Source: Pseudomonadota bacterium (GTDB lineage Bacteria > Bdellovibrionota > Bdellovibrionia > Bdellovibrionales > Bdellovibrionaceae). From it: a stretch of DNA of 64,000 bases. Below the pieces are notes generated by a model. It was not told the DNA's origin. It did not search any database and saw only the letters and a program-made list of their open reading frames with translations. A program made the position numbers and the translations under genes. Where the stretch lies: NCBI GenBank assembly GCA_041178425.1, contig JBEGVH010000021.1:49608-113607 (forward strand), written 5' to 3'. The number at the start of each line of letters is the position of its first letter. The stretch's first letter is position 1. Below, piece after piece: positions 25,905 to 35,649 of this stretch.

Positions 25905-28235
25905 ATGAAAAAATCATGGATGATCTTCGCATTACTTGTAGTGGCAGCAAACGGAAGAGCTCAATTTGAAGACAATGAGTTTCCACCGCCTCCACCTCCC
26001 CCGCCCACTGGCTTCGGTGAGGAACCAAATACTCTCAGTAGCCGTCCTACTCCAATGGGCTCATCCTCTTCTGCGGGAAAGTCTGGTTCCCTGATCTCAA
26101 AAGATAAACGAGACAAACTCGCGCAAGCGAGCGTCGATGAGATCAACGATAAAAACTACCCCGAATTGATCGACAGCTTTGATTACAACAATGCTGAAAT
26201 TTCTGATGTGATCAAGGCCATCTCTGAACTCACAGGAAAAAACTTTATTATCGATCCTGGAGTTCGAGGTAAGATTACGATCATCGCTCCAACAAAAATC
26301 ACTGTGGCAGAAGCCTATAAAGCTTTTCTATCAGCCCTAGCGATAAACGGATACACCGTTGTTCCAAGCGGTGGTTTTTTTAAGATCAAGTCTTCTAGAA
26401 ACGCCCAAAGAGACAATATCGAAACATATGCGGGTAACTATTTTCCGAACTCCGATCAAATGATCACTCGAATTATTCACCTCAAGCACATTTCTGCCGA
26501 CCAGGTGAGCCGAGAACTACGCATTCTCAATTCAAAAGATGGTGAAGTGACTCCCTTCAATTCTACCAATTCTATTATTCTTTCTGATTACGGCTCTAAC
26601 GTTGAAAGAGTCATGAAGATCATAAACCAGCTTGATGTTCCTGGCTTCGAAGAAAAACTCTTTGTTCTCCGAATTGGCAACGCAAAAGCGAAAGACATCG
26701 CCGAATTGATCAATAAAATCGTCAATAAAGATTCTAGCTCTAAAGGCGGTAGTGGGGGCGGAAGTTTTTCAGCCGGTGTTCCACGCTTTGGTGGCAATGC
26801 TGGTCGTTCGGCCCAAGGTCAGTCGGGCTCAGCTTACTTTATGGTTATACCCGACGATCGCACGAACTCACTGATTATTGTTGGAAACACACAGGGAATC
26901 GAGAGAGTTAAAAAACTCGTTTCACAACTCGATTTCAAAATTAAAGCCGACGATAATGGCGGAGTTTATGTTTACTACGTCAAAAATGGCGAGGCCGAAA
27001 AAATTGCTCAAACACTTTCAGGAATTGCCAAAGATAGCAAACCTGCAGGAGGGGGCGGCGGCGGCGCTGGAGGCTTTGTTCCTCCCTCTCAACAAGCTCA
27101 GAGTATATTTGGCGGCGATGTGCGCGTGACCGCAGATAAAGACACCAACAGCTTAATTATCACCGCTAGCAAGCAAGACTACGAAGTTGTTCTTAATCTC
27201 CTCTCAAAAATCGATATCCAAAGAGACCAAGTGTACGTTGAGGCTGTGATCATGGAGATGCTTATCGACGATGCTGCAAACTGGGGCCTCGGATACTATA
27301 AATTCGATAAAGAGAGCGGCGGAATGGGGCGTGTAGGCTTTAATGGAAATATCAACCTGGCCGACGTCATGAATCCTATTGCTGGCAGCGGAGCGATCCT
27401 CAGTTTTGGTAGCGGTGATGTTTTTGAACTTAAAACTCCCACTGGAGTTACTCAAAAAGTGACTTCGCTTGTGGGCTTTTTAAACTTCCTTAAAACAACC
27501 GGACGCACGAACGTTCTCTCCACTCCACAAATTATGGCTCTTGATAATGAAGAGTCCGAAATCGAAGTGGGTGAAGAAGTTGCGACAAGCTTACAAACGA
27601 CTCAGAGCCCTACCGGAACTCAAACGTCGGCCAACTTTAAAGATGCCACCATTAAATTAAAGATTAAGCCCTTTATCTCCCCGGCTAGCGATACGATTAG
27701 AATGAAAATTGATCAGAAAATCGCACAACCAGAAGCACAAGGGCAGATTCCTAATACCCTGACTCTTTCAAAGCGATCAATCACCACAAATATCGTCGTT
27801 CCCGATGGCGATACCGCGGTGCTCGGGGGCCTCGTTAAAGACACTGAGACCGAAGCCATCACTAAAGTTCCTTTGTTGGGCGATATACCTGTTTTGGGCT
27901 GGCTCTTTAAATCGAGAAAAATTGCTAAGAAAAAAACGAATCTTCTGGTATTCTTAACACCGAAAATCATTAGAAACTTGTCGGAAAATCAAAAGCTCGT
28001 CGACAAGAAACTCAATGAACGACTGAACTTTATTAAACAAAATGGTGGTAGAGATCCATACGGAAAAAAAGTCGACGAGCTACCACGTAGAGGACGCGTA
28101 GCTTCGAGCCCGGTCAAAGAATCTGAGATTATGGCACCGCCATCGGCTGAACCAGAGATTCCTGCCATTGAAGCCGTTGAAGAACGAGAAGAAACCATGA
28201 CTCCGGAAGAGCTCGACGGCACTGTCGTTGAGTAA
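25905..28235 (+). CDS. gspD: Type II secretion secretin
   Basis: N0 domain (ISELTGKNFIIDPGVRGKITI), DDRTNSLII, QVYVEAVI, KVPLLGDIPVLGWLFK. Confidence 0.93.
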   Translation: MKKSWMIFALLVVAANGRAQFEDNEFPPPPPPPPTGFGEEPNTLSSRPTPMGSSSSAGKSGSLISKDKRDKLAQASVDEINDKNYPELIDSFDYNNAEISDVIKAISELTGKNFIIDPGVRGKITIIAPTKITVAEAYKAFLSALAINGYTVVPSGGFFKIKSSRNAQRDNIETYAGNYFPNSDQMITRIIHLKHISADQVSRELRILNSKDGEVTPFNSTNSIILSDYGSNVERVMKIINQLDVPGFEEKLFVLRIGNAKAKDIAELINKIVNKDSSSKGGSGGGSFSAGVPRFGGNAGRSAQGQSGSAYFMVIPDDRTNSLIIVGNTQGIERVKKLVSQLDFKIKADDNGGVYVYYVKNGEAEKIAQTLSGIAKDSKPAGGGGGGAGGFVPPSQQAQSIFGGDVRVTADKDTNSLIITASKQDYEVVLNLLSKIDIQRDQVYVEAVIMEMLIDDAANWGLGYYKFDKESGGMGRVGFNGNINLADVMNPIAGSGAILSFGSGDVFELKTPTGVTQKVTSLVGFLNFLKTTGRTNVLSTPQIMALDNEESEIEVGEEVATSLQTTQSPTGTQTSANFKDATIKLKIKPFISPASDTIRMKIDQKIAQPEAQGQIPNTLTLSKRSITTNIVVPDGDTAVLGGLVKDTETEAITKVPLLGDIPVLGWLFKSRKIAKKKTNLLVFLTPKIIRNLSENQKLVDKKLNERLNFIKQNGGRDPYGKKVDELPRRGRVASSPVKESEIMAPPSAEPEIPAIEAVEEREETMTPEELDGTVVE

Positions 28236-28257
28236 AAAAGGATAAAGAAAAAACGAT

Positions 28258-29949
28258 ATGGCTTTAGATATCGCAACAGTAATTCAAAAGACGACGACCC
28301 TTAAAGAGGAGCAGATTCGCTATCTACTCCTTGCACCAGCAATGAAGCACAATGGAAACATTGGGCAAGCTCTGGAAGAAAAGCAGTTCAGCACGGCCGA
28401 CGACATCGTAAATGAACTGTGTAAGCAAATGGGCCTTGAGTTTATTAAAGATATTCCCATAAACGATATCTCAGCGGACCTCGTAAATAACATTCCAATC
28501 AACTACTCGAAGAGCCAATCCTGCCTCCCCGTTCGCGACGAAGGCGATGTAATGAAGGTTTTAACCTCGAACCCTCTCAATACAAAAGCTTTAGACGACT
28601 TACGTGTTATCTTTAAAAAAAAGATCCGATTCTTAGTCACGACGAGTGCCCGATTAGCTGATGCTATCAATAAAGTTTACGAAAAAAGCACCGCAAACCT
28701 CGCTGGCCTTGATGCGATCGAAAGCGATGATGCTGTTGACCTTGAAGATCAGGTGGTTGACCTTCTTGATTCGGGCGAGGATGATGCCCCGGTTATCAAG
28801 CTGGTCAATTCTCTTTTGTTTAGAGCTGTTAAAGAGAAGGCTTCTGATATTCATATTGAACCCTATGAAAAAGACATGTTGGTGCGCTATCGAATTGATG
28901 GCGTTCTCATTGATATTGTAAAGCCTCCGAAAAAACTTCAAAACTCTATCACCTCAAGGGTGAAGGTTATGGCCAATCTGAACATCGCCGAAAAACGACT
29001 CCCCCAGGATGGGCGAATTCCTCTCAAAATTGGAGGAAAAGACATCGACGTGAGGGTTAACACGATGCCGACCGCTTTTGGAGAGCGCGTCGTGATGCGT
29101 TTGGCGGACCGATCAAGCACAGTGCTAGAATTAGAGCAACTTGGTTTTTCTGAAGATAGCTTGGCCAAATTCGACGACATCCTGAATAGAACTTATGGAA
29201 TCCTCTTGGTGACCGGTCCGACGGGTTCTGGTAAGTCGACAACACTCTACGCTTCCATTACGCGCATCAATAAACCCGATATCAATATTGTTACAATCGA
29301 AGATCCGGTCGAACAACGAATTCATGGTATTGGGCAGATTCCGGTCAACGCAAAAATCGGTCTCACCTTTGGTTCCGGTTTGCGCGCGATCCTCAGACAA
29401 GACCCTGACGTGATCATGGTGGGGGAGATTCGTGACCTAGAAACTGCAGAAATTTCAATTAACGCCTCTTTAACCGGTCACTTGGTCCTCTCTACCCTTC
29501 ACACCAACGATTCGGCAGGTGCTTTTCCGCGTATGATCGACATGGGGTGCGAACCTTTCCTCATTGCAACCTCACTTCAAGGTGTTATTGCCCAACGACT
29601 TGTGCGTGTTCTTTGCCCACATTGCCGTATTCCCTACAACCCGACCGATCTGGAATTGCAGAGTTTAGGCATCTCTCGATCTGTTGCTACCAACGCTAAT
29701 ATTTGTAAAAAAGGCGGTTGCGATCAATGCAATGGAAAAGGTTACGTGGGTCGAACGATTATTGCCGAATTCATGATGGTCTCAGAAGGCATTCGTTCAC
29801 TCATTATGCAACGCAAAGATGGCGCGACCATTCGCAAGAAAGCCATTGAGGAAGGGATGCTGACATTTCGAGAACATGGAGTGCAAAAAGTTCTTAATGG
29901 TATTACAACTCTAGAAGAATTATTTAGTAATACCCAAATGGATTTATAA
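28258..29949 (+). CDS. gspE: Type II secretion ATPase
   Basis: ASDIHIEP, Walker A GPTGSGKS, LRQDPDVIMVGEIRD, tetracysteine CPHC/CDQC. Confidence 0.93.
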   Translation: MALDIATVIQKTTTLKEEQIRYLLLAPAMKHNGNIGQALEEKQFSTADDIVNELCKQMGLEFIKDIPINDISADLVNNIPINYSKSQSCLPVRDEGDVMKVLTSNPLNTKALDDLRVIFKKKIRFLVTTSARLADAINKVYEKSTANLAGLDAIESDDAVDLEDQVVDLLDSGEDDAPVIKLVNSLLFRAVKEKASDIHIEPYEKDMLVRYRIDGVLIDIVKPPKKLQNSITSRVKVMANLNIAEKRLPQDGRIPLKIGGKDIDVRVNTMPTAFGERVVMRLADRSSTVLELEQLGFSEDSLAKFDDILNRTYGILLVTGPTGSGKSTTLYASITRINKPDINIVTIEDPVEQRIHGIGQIPVNAKIGLTFGSGLRAILRQDPDVIMVGEIRDLETAEISINASLTGHLVLSTLHTNDSAGAFPRMIDMGCEPFLIATSLQGVIAQRLVRVLCPHCRIPYNPTDLELQSLGISRSVATNANICKKGGCDQCNGKGYVGRTIIAEFMMVSEGIRSLIMQRKDGATIRKKAIEEGMLTFREHGVQKVLNGITTLEELFSNTQMDL

Positions 29950-29966
29950 TGGTACACTGAGGCTGT

Positions 29967-31187
29967 ATGCCATTATTTGAATATAAAGGTTTAGACCGCG
30001 CAGGAAAAAGCAAGAAAGGTTCGATCGACGCTGAAAACGTTCGAGCGGCCCGTCTTAAGCTAAAAAAAGACGGCATTTTTGTTACTGACATCAAAAACAA
30101 ACAAAAAGCAGCCGCCTCAACAGGAAGTCTCAAAAAGGTATCGAGTGGCTCTGTTCCTGTGCGTGATCTTGCCATGATGGTTCGACAATTAGCCACCATG
30201 TTAAAGGCTAAGATCCCTCTAGTCGACACCCTCTCTGCTGTTTCGGATCAGGTAGAAAACCCAACTCTCAAGGATGCACTTTCCGAAGCAAAAAACTTAG
30301 TTAATGAAGGCTCGCCCTTCTACAAAACACTCGAACGATATCCAAAGGTTTTTGACAAGATTTTCGTGTCTATGGCCGAAGCCGGAGAGGCCTCTGGTAC
30401 TCTTGATACCATTCTCATTCGTCTTGCAGAGTTTACAGAAGCGCAAGATCAGCTGAACAGCAAAGTGAAATCAGCCCTAATGTATCCCATCATCATGATG
30501 GTCATTACGGTGATACTCCTCATGGGACTCTTTATCTTTGTTATTCCACAGATGGTGGCGGTGTTTGAATCTTCTCCCGATTTGCAGCTTCCTTGGTACT
30601 CGGTAGCCATAATCGATCTCAGTGGCATCATGGTGAATTACTGGTACTTAATTATTGGATTTTTCTTTGGCGCCTATTTTATCTTTCTCAATTGGAAAAA
30701 TTCAGTCAGCGGTTCAAGACAGTGGGATGCCATATCCCTGAAACTGCCAGTGATTGGCGCCATGAACCGAATGGTCGCCGTCTCGCGCTTCACCCGCACC
30801 TTGGCGACTCTTCTCACTGGGGGCGTCCCAATGCTCCAAGCATTAGAGATTGTTAAGAACGTCGTTAACAATGCGATTCTCGCTGATGCTATCGACGACG
30901 CTCGCAGCAATATTACTGAAGGGGAAAATATCGCAACTCCTCTAAGACGGTCGGGCCAATTTCCTCCGATTGTTATACACATGGTGAGCATTGGCGAAAA
31001 AACAGGTGAGCTCGAAAACATGCTTATTCAAGTCTCTGATGCCTATGATTTTCAGGTAAAAAACAAAGTTGAGGGCCTAACGAGTATCATGGCCCCTGTC
31101 GTTATTGTCGTTATGGGTATTGTGATTGGAATTATCGTTTTTGCCATCATGATTCCTATGTTCGAGATGTCAAACATCGCCGGATAA
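29967..31187 (+). CDS. gspF: Type II secretion inner-membrane platform protein
   Basis: AGEASGTLD, SALMYP, IGEKTGELE; 3 TM segments. Confidence 0.92.
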   Translation: MPLFEYKGLDRAGKSKKGSIDAENVRAARLKLKKDGIFVTDIKNKQKAAASTGSLKKVSSGSVPVRDLAMMVRQLATMLKAKIPLVDTLSAVSDQVENPTLKDALSEAKNLVNEGSPFYKTLERYPKVFDKIFVSMAEAGEASGTLDTILIRLAEFTEAQDQLNSKVKSALMYPIIMMVITVILLMGLFIFVIPQMVAVFESSPDLQLPWYSVAIIDLSGIMVNYWYLIIGFFFGAYFIFLNWKNSVSGSRQWDAISLKLPVIGAMNRMVAVSRFTRTLATLLTGGVPMLQALEIVKNVVNNAILADAIDDARSNITEGENIATPLRRSGQFPPIVIHMVSIGEKTGELENMLIQVSDAYDFQVKNKVEGLTSIMAPVVIVVMGIVIGIIVFAIMIPMFEMSNIAG

Positions 31188-31302
31188 CGTAAAAACTGCA
31201 TAGAAGCCTCTCCCCTTGCTCACATCCTCTTGAAGTGGTAAGCCATACACCTTTGATAACGGTTGAAATTTCTGAGGCCTGAGGCTTCAAAGAGAGCATC
31301 AA

Positions 31303-33219
31303 ATGACTTTTATTTTTCATTTTTTAACACTCCTATTTTTGCCGTTCTTCCTTTTTGCAACAAATGAACCTTTAGACTCCAACTTTCGCTGGCCCAATGC
31401 ACGTAAAGATGCCATTGGAACAGCCTTTGAAGCCAAAGGGGCGCTTTCACCTGTTTGGTTTACCACATCGAATGGCTCAATCACCGAAGTTTATTATCCG
31501 CAGGTAGACTCCATTCAATCGGCTTTTCTCAAGTTTTATTTTCTTTTCAAAGATGGTTCCATGCTTTCTGCGGATCAACTCCATACTGAAACCAATTATC
31601 AAACTTCAAACCTAATCCCATTGATGATTTTCAGCGACTCAAAACGAGGCTTCCGAGCGGAACAAAAAGTCGTTACCGACCCAAACTCGCCACGACTTCT
31701 CACTCGATTGCGCCTCTTTTGTGGTGTTAGCTGTCCGCGCATTTTTGTGAGATGGCAACCAGCGATTCAAGCTCACCCCAGCCAAACTCAAATTCATTGG
31801 CTTAAAAATTCCGTCAGGGCCTTTTCAAAAACACTCCCCAATCCCAGCTTGGGGGCCGAGGCTTATCTGCAATCTAAAACAAAATTTGTTGCAACAAAGG
31901 TACCTGCTCCCAATGATACTCCGGTGGGAGACGTTAATTTTTGGGCAGAAATTAAACCTGATACACAAAATACGGCTCTTTTAACTATCTCGTTTTCTCC
32001 GCCGGGAACTGTTTTTAAAACAACGAAAGACGCCTTTGCCTGGAGCAAAACTGAGGCTGACTATGCTCGGGGCTGGAACAACTACAGCAAGAGAAACCAA
32101 GCAAACAATCGCTGGCTTTCTCAAGACGCTCTGGCTTTAAAGTCTCTCTCACTTCTGAAAATGCACGAAGACAAACTCAACCGAGGGGCCTTCATTGCTG
32201 CGTTTTCGATTCCAGGGATTCCCCAATTGGCTCATGCCCATGAAGACTATGCCGGCTATCACCTGATTTGGCCTCGGGACCTCTATCAGGTAGCAACGGC
32301 GTTTATGGCCATCAATGATTGGACACAGGTCCAACAAATCTTTACCTATTTGTTATCAAAACAACTGCCTAATGGAGCTTGGGCCCAAAATTTTTGGATC
32401 AATGGAACTCCGTCATGGCCGTCTCTGCAAATGGATGAAGTGAGCGCCCCAATTCTCATCGCGGGAACCCTTGTTGACAATGGCGTTTCTCTGACCGAAC
32501 CCCAAAAAAACGCAATCAGAAAGGCGGCTCTCTTCATCAGCAAAATGGGTCCGTCCACACCACAAGAGCGATGGGAAGAAGTGGGTGGTTATAGCCCCCA
32601 CGTCTTAGCCTCTGAAATTGCAGCCTTGCGGATCGCTAGCCGCCTTTTAAACGACCCCTCTTTTTTAACGGTGGCAGATCAATGGGAACAATCTATTGAG
32701 ACATGGACCTTTATTAAAAACTCTGCTCGCGGACGAGATTATTACTGCCGTATTAGTCCTACTGGAACCCCTAAAACCGATAGCGAATCTGCTCAATCGA
32801 CAATGGATCTCGGATTTCTCGAACTCGTTCGCTTGGGTGTACGCACGGCAACCGATAAACGAATCACCAGCAGTCTTGCGGCCATCGAAACCCAAACCGA
32901 TATCTTTAAAAATGGCTATTATCGCCGCTACAACGGCGACGTTTACGGGTGGAACGGACGAGGAGGATTTTGGCCTCTACTCACCGGTGAAAAGGGTGAA
33001 TTTGAATTACAGGCCGGTCGATTCGACGAGGCAGAAAAGGCTCTTCAATTATTTCGCAGCACTCAAACACCAGCGGGTCATTTAGCCGAGCAAATCGATG
33101 ACCCACAAACAATGTTTATTGGCCCAAACTCCGCCTCACCGCTCGCTTGGTCGCACGCAGGATATATCCGCCTCGCCAGTAAAATTAAAAGTACCCCGTC
33201 CTCTGTAAAATCAAATTAA
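31303..33219 (+). CDS. Secreted GH15 glucoamylase/glucodextranase-like enzyme
   Basis: Signal peptide; glucodextranase-N-like region (VWFT...ITEVYYP); YHLIWPRD, QMDE, ERWEE, LAEQ, PLAWSHA. Confidence 0.85.
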   Translation: MTFIFHFLTLLFLPFFLFATNEPLDSNFRWPNARKDAIGTAFEAKGALSPVWFTTSNGSITEVYYPQVDSIQSAFLKFYFLFKDGSMLSADQLHTETNYQTSNLIPLMIFSDSKRGFRAEQKVVTDPNSPRLLTRLRLFCGVSCPRIFVRWQPAIQAHPSQTQIHWLKNSVRAFSKTLPNPSLGAEAYLQSKTKFVATKVPAPNDTPVGDVNFWAEIKPDTQNTALLTISFSPPGTVFKTTKDAFAWSKTEADYARGWNNYSKRNQANNRWLSQDALALKSLSLLKMHEDKLNRGAFIAAFSIPGIPQLAHAHEDYAGYHLIWPRDLYQVATAFMAINDWTQVQQIFTYLLSKQLPNGAWAQNFWINGTPSWPSLQMDEVSAPILIAGTLVDNGVSLTEPQKNAIRKAALFISKMGPSTPQERWEEVGGYSPHVLASEIAALRIASRLLNDPSFLTVADQWEQSIETWTFIKNSARGRDYYCRISPTGTPKTDSESAQSTMDLGFLELVRLGVRTATDKRITSSLAAIETQTDIFKNGYYRRYNGDVYGWNGRGGFWPLLTGEKGEFELQAGRFDEAEKALQLFRSTQTPAGHLAEQIDDPQTMFIGPNSASPLAWSHAGYIRLASKIKSTPSSVKSN

Positions 33220-33270
33220 GCTCTCCCTCAAAAATTTAATTTATTCTCAACCAGGCTCAAATAATTCAAT

Positions 33271-33417
33271 AGATGAGGATGCGCCTTAGAGGAGCGAAAG
33301 TCTGAGGGCTCCGGCGAACGTGATGTGTTGGCCGTGCCCCAACGGGGTCGGCCACGCCGGCGAGGCCATGGAATGGCCGACCCGAAGGATTCGCTCCTCT
33401 AAGGCGCATCCTCATCT
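33271..33417. repeat. 147-bp element with perfect 28-bp terminal inverted repeats (MITE/REP-like or structured RNA)
   Basis: AGATGAGGATGCGCCTTAGAGGAGCGAA (33271-33298) and its exact reverse complement (33390-33417); GC-rich nested internal hairpins. Confidence 0.8.
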
Positions 33418-33614
33418 TTCGATCCTATGCCTCGCTAATCGGTCACCAAACCCACTTTCGGCCATTCGTCAAAATCATAGACACTACCTATTGTCCCGCG
33501 GTCCTCCAAACCATTTCTGGGTTGGTTCGTTTTTAGCAAGGCCTCTATGAAGGAGTTAAATCCCTCTGCTGGGATATGAACATTCGGTCTCAACCAACGA
33601 AAGGTGTAGTTTCA

Positions 33615-35189
33615 ATGAAGAAGGTTACTTTTGCAGGATTGGTCTTTCTTAGCGGCGTATTTGCCCATTCCGCCGAACGCCAAAAAATTGTTCTTCAACC
33701 GGGTATTACCTGTCGAGATATTAACACCGCCATAAAGAGTTTAGGGCCTGAGGGTGGAGACATCTATCTTCCCGCAGGAATTATTGATTGTGATGAAATG
33801 GTCAACATTGAACGCTCGCACGTGGCTCTCATCGGAAAAGGCCGAGGCGATAGAGGCCAAACTCAATTTACAAAATTACTTATGAGAAATGGAGAGCCCA
33901 CCCCCGTTCTCGTTCTTGGCGTTCTTCCTGTTACTCGATTTGATGCCAAAAGCGGACACGGAATTCAATCTTATCCAACCCACGAAATTGAAGATGTGAC
34001 AGTAAAAAATTTGGCTGTTGATGCGAATCGGTTCGCAAGCCCTAAAAATTCACGCCACATGGATTTCGAGTGCTATGACGCTGAGAAAAAACAGAGTCTT
34101 AATTGCACCAAGGTTAAGACCGATCAGAATGGCAACATTGAATACATGAAAGACGAAAAAGGTCAGTTGGTCTACGAAAAAGACTCCTCAGGACGCTTAA
34201 AATATGACGATAACAAGAACCCGATTAAAATTCCTCTCTATGAAGACAGTTCGAGTTTTGTTCGAAATAACGCCATCACAATCAGACGAGTGAAACTTGC
34301 CTGGCTCGAAAACGTATCGGCCGATCGATCTTTCTCTGGCGGCTTAACCGTCGAAAAATTATCGTCTTACCTTCATATTAAAAACTTTACAGCCAGACAG
34401 AATGCCTTAGACGGTTTTGCTGGGTATGAAACGCACTCAAGCAATTTCAAAGACCTTTACTTGATGGATAATCCCGAATCTGGAATTTCTATTGATATGA
34501 GTTTTGAAGCCTCTAAAGCACCCGAACTTAAGGGAAAAACATTTCCCAATGTTTTTGAAAATGTTTATCTCATTGGTAACGGAAAAAATGGGGTTTTCTC
34601 TCATAGCCTGAGTGGCACTGTCTTTAAAAATATGAAAATCATGGGCAATGGCGAGTATGGACTTTTTATCGATGGTCATCGCGAGTTGCAGCAGGACGGA
34701 TCGTGGGTACTTACACCCGGAACTTGCGATAAAACGATCATTCAAGATGTCATTGCCATTAACAACAAACTCTCCTCGGTGAAGTTTAATCACTATTGTC
34801 AAAATTCAGTGATCAAAAACCTTCGGTCAATAAAAACTATTGACGCAAAAATCGAGGAAAACCTCAACGCTCAGTTGGAGCAGGAAAACAATAATCTAAA
34901 CGCCCTTCGTGCTACCATAAGCGGGCTCGACGATAAAAGATCTCTTACTGAAAAAAGACAATTAGAAGAAACAGCAAAAGGAATTTCACAAAGAATGACC
35001 GATATCCGCGTTAACTTATGGAAGCTCGGTGAGGCAAAGCTGTGTATCAACCTCTTCGACGCAGAAAAAACTAAACTGCTCTCAAAAAATGTAAAATGCG
35101 AAATTAATCCTTACTTCGTCATCAGCCAAGAAGCGCTTGATCGTACCGCTGAGATTAACAGCGCCATTGCTACGGTTCGTGGTCTCTAA
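33615..35189 (+). CDS. Secreted right-handed parallel beta-helix (pectin-lyase-like) protein
   Basis: Signal peptide MKKVTFAG...AHS; 'INTAI..L...GG.IYLPAG' cap; repeated N..G(I/V/L) rungs. Confidence 0.75.
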   Translation: MKKVTFAGLVFLSGVFAHSAERQKIVLQPGITCRDINTAIKSLGPEGGDIYLPAGIIDCDEMVNIERSHVALIGKGRGDRGQTQFTKLLMRNGEPTPVLVLGVLPVTRFDAKSGHGIQSYPTHEIEDVTVKNLAVDANRFASPKNSRHMDFECYDAEKKQSLNCTKVKTDQNGNIEYMKDEKGQLVYEKDSSGRLKYDDNKNPIKIPLYEDSSSFVRNNAITIRRVKLAWLENVSADRSFSGGLTVEKLSSYLHIKNFTARQNALDGFAGYETHSSNFKDLYLMDNPESGISIDMSFEASKAPELKGKTFPNVFENVYLIGNGKNGVFSHSLSGTVFKNMKIMGNGEYGLFIDGHRELQQDGSWVLTPGTCDKTIIQDVIAINNKLSSVKFNHYCQNSVIKNLRSIKTIDAKIEENLNAQLEQENNNLNALRATISGLDDKRSLTEKRQLEETAKGISQRMTDIRVNLWKLGEAKLCINLFDAEKTKLLSKNVKCEINPYFVISQEALDRTAEINSAIATVRGL

Positions 35190-35195
35190 TCAATC

Positions 35196-35230
35196 CCGAT
35201 CGGTGCCTTGAAGCCAAGGCACCGAATCGG
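35196..35230 (+). terminator. Stem-loop after the beta-helix gene
   Basis: TCGGTGCCTTG-AAGC-CAAGGCACCGA, 11-bp stem; weak U-tract. Confidence 0.5.
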
Positions 35231-35321
35231 TTCGTCGCACACCTGCCTCACCCCTTCCCCTGTGTTCCACCTTGCCTAAGCGAAATTCCTGAGTTACCAA
35301 TGAGAGATAAGATCTTCTAGT

Positions 35322-35398
35322 GATCACGTAGCTCAGTTGGATAGAGCACTAGTTTCCTAAACTGGGGGTCGCAAGTTCAATCCTTGCCGTGATCACCA
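35322..35398 (+). tRNA. tRNA-Arg (anticodon CCU), CCA encoded
   Basis: GATCACG...CTAGT-TT-CCT-AA-ACTGG...GCAAG-TTCAATC-CTTGC-CGTGATC-ACCA; 77 nt. Confidence 0.95.
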
Positions 35399-35649
35399 TT
35401 CTTACTCCAAAGCCAAAGTGTTTCTCGGGTTTAAACGAAATTCTAAAAGTGCGGCGATTTTCGTCACAGTAGCCCCTCTTACTGAGTCTGCGGTGCGCCC
35501 TAGTTCGAATCTGACCCTTTTTCGATAAGCCGCATCGTTTAACTTAACTTTGACCAAAAGAGCCCTAACAAATTGCAACTTTTTATGATATCCGAGGCCC
35601 GATCGAAACCCCTGAAAATTAATTAATCGCCCCACCGACGAGGTTTGGA

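Noticed and set aside
33295..33390. Hammerhead ribozyme in the inverted-repeat element
   Set aside because: CTGAGGG does not match the CUGANGA core, and GAAA is not positioned correctly.
33523..33538. Sigma-54 promoter TGGTTCG-N4-TAGCA
   Set aside because: GG/GC spacing is correct, but three mismatches to consensus make it too weak to call.
35498..35515. GTTCGAATC T-loop-like motif after tRNA-Arg(CCU)
   Set aside because: No proper T-stem or acceptor stem, and it does not duplicate the tRNA 3' end, so it is neither a tRNA nor an att site.
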